NCBI RefSeq assembly: GCF_000014265.1
Contig: NC_008312.1
Location: 1,470,001-1,502,000 of the forward strand
Length of the DNA stretch: 32,000 bases
DNA from: Trichodesmium erythraeum IMS101
GTDB lineage: Bacteria; Cyanobacteriota; Cyanobacteriia; Cyanobacteriales; Microcoleaceae
Direction: 5' to 3'
Part shown: positions 31,447 through 32,000 of the stretch, one piece after another
Layout of the letters: each line of letters starts with the position of its first letter
Numbering within the stretch: the stretch's first letter is position 1
Notes under the pieces: generated by a model
What the model saw: only the letters and a program-made list of their open reading frames with translations
The model's database searches: none
Told to the model about the DNA's origin: nothing
Position numbers and translations under genes: made by a program

Positions 31447-31789
31447 ATGAAAAATAAAACACTGTCTGATATAAGACAAGAATATAAAGGACTTTACTTT
31501 AAAACAATCTCCAATAAAAAGAGATTCTATTCTCTTTTATCTACACTAAAACGAATATTTAAGATAGGGTTATTTGTAGCAGAAACCTATTTCCACTTTA
31601 TCCTTTTACCAAATTTATGGTTATCAAGAGATTTTTCTCAAGACAAACAAAAGGTATATTTGAGTCGACAAGGAAACTGGTTGCACAAAAAGTTCTTGAC
31701 TATGGGTGCAGTATTTATTAAAGCAAGATAATTTATATCTCTACGACCAGATATTCTGGATGACGAAATCTGCCATAAATTAAAAAAAT
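31447..31789 (+). pseudogene. 5' part of an ABC1/UbiB (AarF) family kinase gene with a premature stop, interrupted by an IS fragment
   Basis: ...QGNWLHKKFLTMGAVFIKAR*FISLRPDILDDEICHKLKKL corresponds to the conserved ABC1 block (LGPtFIKlGQxlStRpDllPxEyxxELskLqD). The Gly-Gln position is replaced by R-stop at 31729-31731. Homology ends at the IS630-like terminus at about 31790. Confidence 0.5.
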
Positions 31790-31975
31790 TATACCAATTT
31801 TATCAACTTCAGCTAGACTTTTAGAAGTCATTTATTATAGAAAGTATACCCATTTCAGGAATAGTAAAAATCTAGATAAATCAATCAGTATAAACTATCA
31901 AAAAAATTTTTAAAACTGCGAGTATAGCTCAATAAAAGGAAGTATTTCAAACAATTTACTGGTTGAAAACTTAAG
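31790..31975 (+). mobile_element. Degenerate about 186-bp fragment of the IS630-like element seen at 1-250 (terminus plus first about 40 codons, with stops)
   Basis: It aligns to the reverse complement of about 65-250. For example GCTAGACTTTTAGAAGTCATTTATTATAGAAAGTATACCCATTTCAGGAATAGTAAAAATC matches GCTACACTTTTAGAAGTAACCTATTATAGAAAATGTCCCCATGTCAGGAGTAGTAAAAATT. Further on, ...AAACTGCGAGTATAGCTCAATAAAAGGAAGTATTTCAAACAATTTACTGGTTGAAAAC matches the transposase 5' coding region. Confidence 0.6.
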
Positions 31976-32000
31976 TTGCACAAAAAGTTCTTGACTATGG

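Noticed and set aside
31447-31731. ORF 31447..31731 as an intact 94-aa protein
   Set aside because: It ends in the middle of the conserved ABC1 kinase block (GAVFIKAR*FISLRPDIL), so it is a truncated pseudogene.
1-32000. tRNA, rRNA, tmRNA or RNase P genes
   Set aside because: I scanned for GTTCGAATC/GGTTCGA-type T-arm motifs and acceptor-stem pairings and found nothing convincing. No long GC-rich structured segment is present either.

Overview
This is an AT-rich cyanobacterial chromosome segment. The cyanobacterial assignment rests on seven perfect HIP1 octamers (GCGATCGC) and on gene content: glpX-type FBP/SBPase, hemA, thioredoxin, UPF0182 and a large hybrid His-kinase.

Only eight ORFs look intact, or nearly so. 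They are an NB-ARC NTPase (C-terminally truncated), UPF0182, the hybrid sensor kinase, a class I/II aminotransferase, thioredoxin, glpX, hemA and a DNA methyltransferase. Together they cover about 14.2 kb, roughly 44% of the window.

The rest is mostly decayed DNA that I could read by translating across stops and frameshifts:
- At least ten degraded insertion-sequence copies from about six families: two IS630 types plus a MITE, two IS1-like copies, two IS4-like types, an IS701-like remnant, IS982 and an IS66-like element.
- Host pseudogenes: an OmpR-type response regulator plus His-kinase pair, an adhesin-like protein with a DUF4101 tail, an ABC1/UbiB kinase, and a decayed gene directly downstream of the methyltransferase.
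- Three clear tandem duplications (22 bp x2, 107 bp x3, about 201 bp x2) and a fourth possible one cut by the window edge. All sit inside dead or dying genes.

This pattern fits a genome undergoing reductive evolution with IS expansion, as described for obligately symbiotic heterocystous cyanobacteria (Richelia or Nostoc azollae-like). That assignment is an inference, not verified.

I found no rRNA, tRNA or CRISPR array. I also found no convincing novel multigene system. The most interesting loci are the methyltransferase with its decayed partner, the truncated STAND NTPase, the IS630 and MITE pair, and the recurrent tandem duplications.
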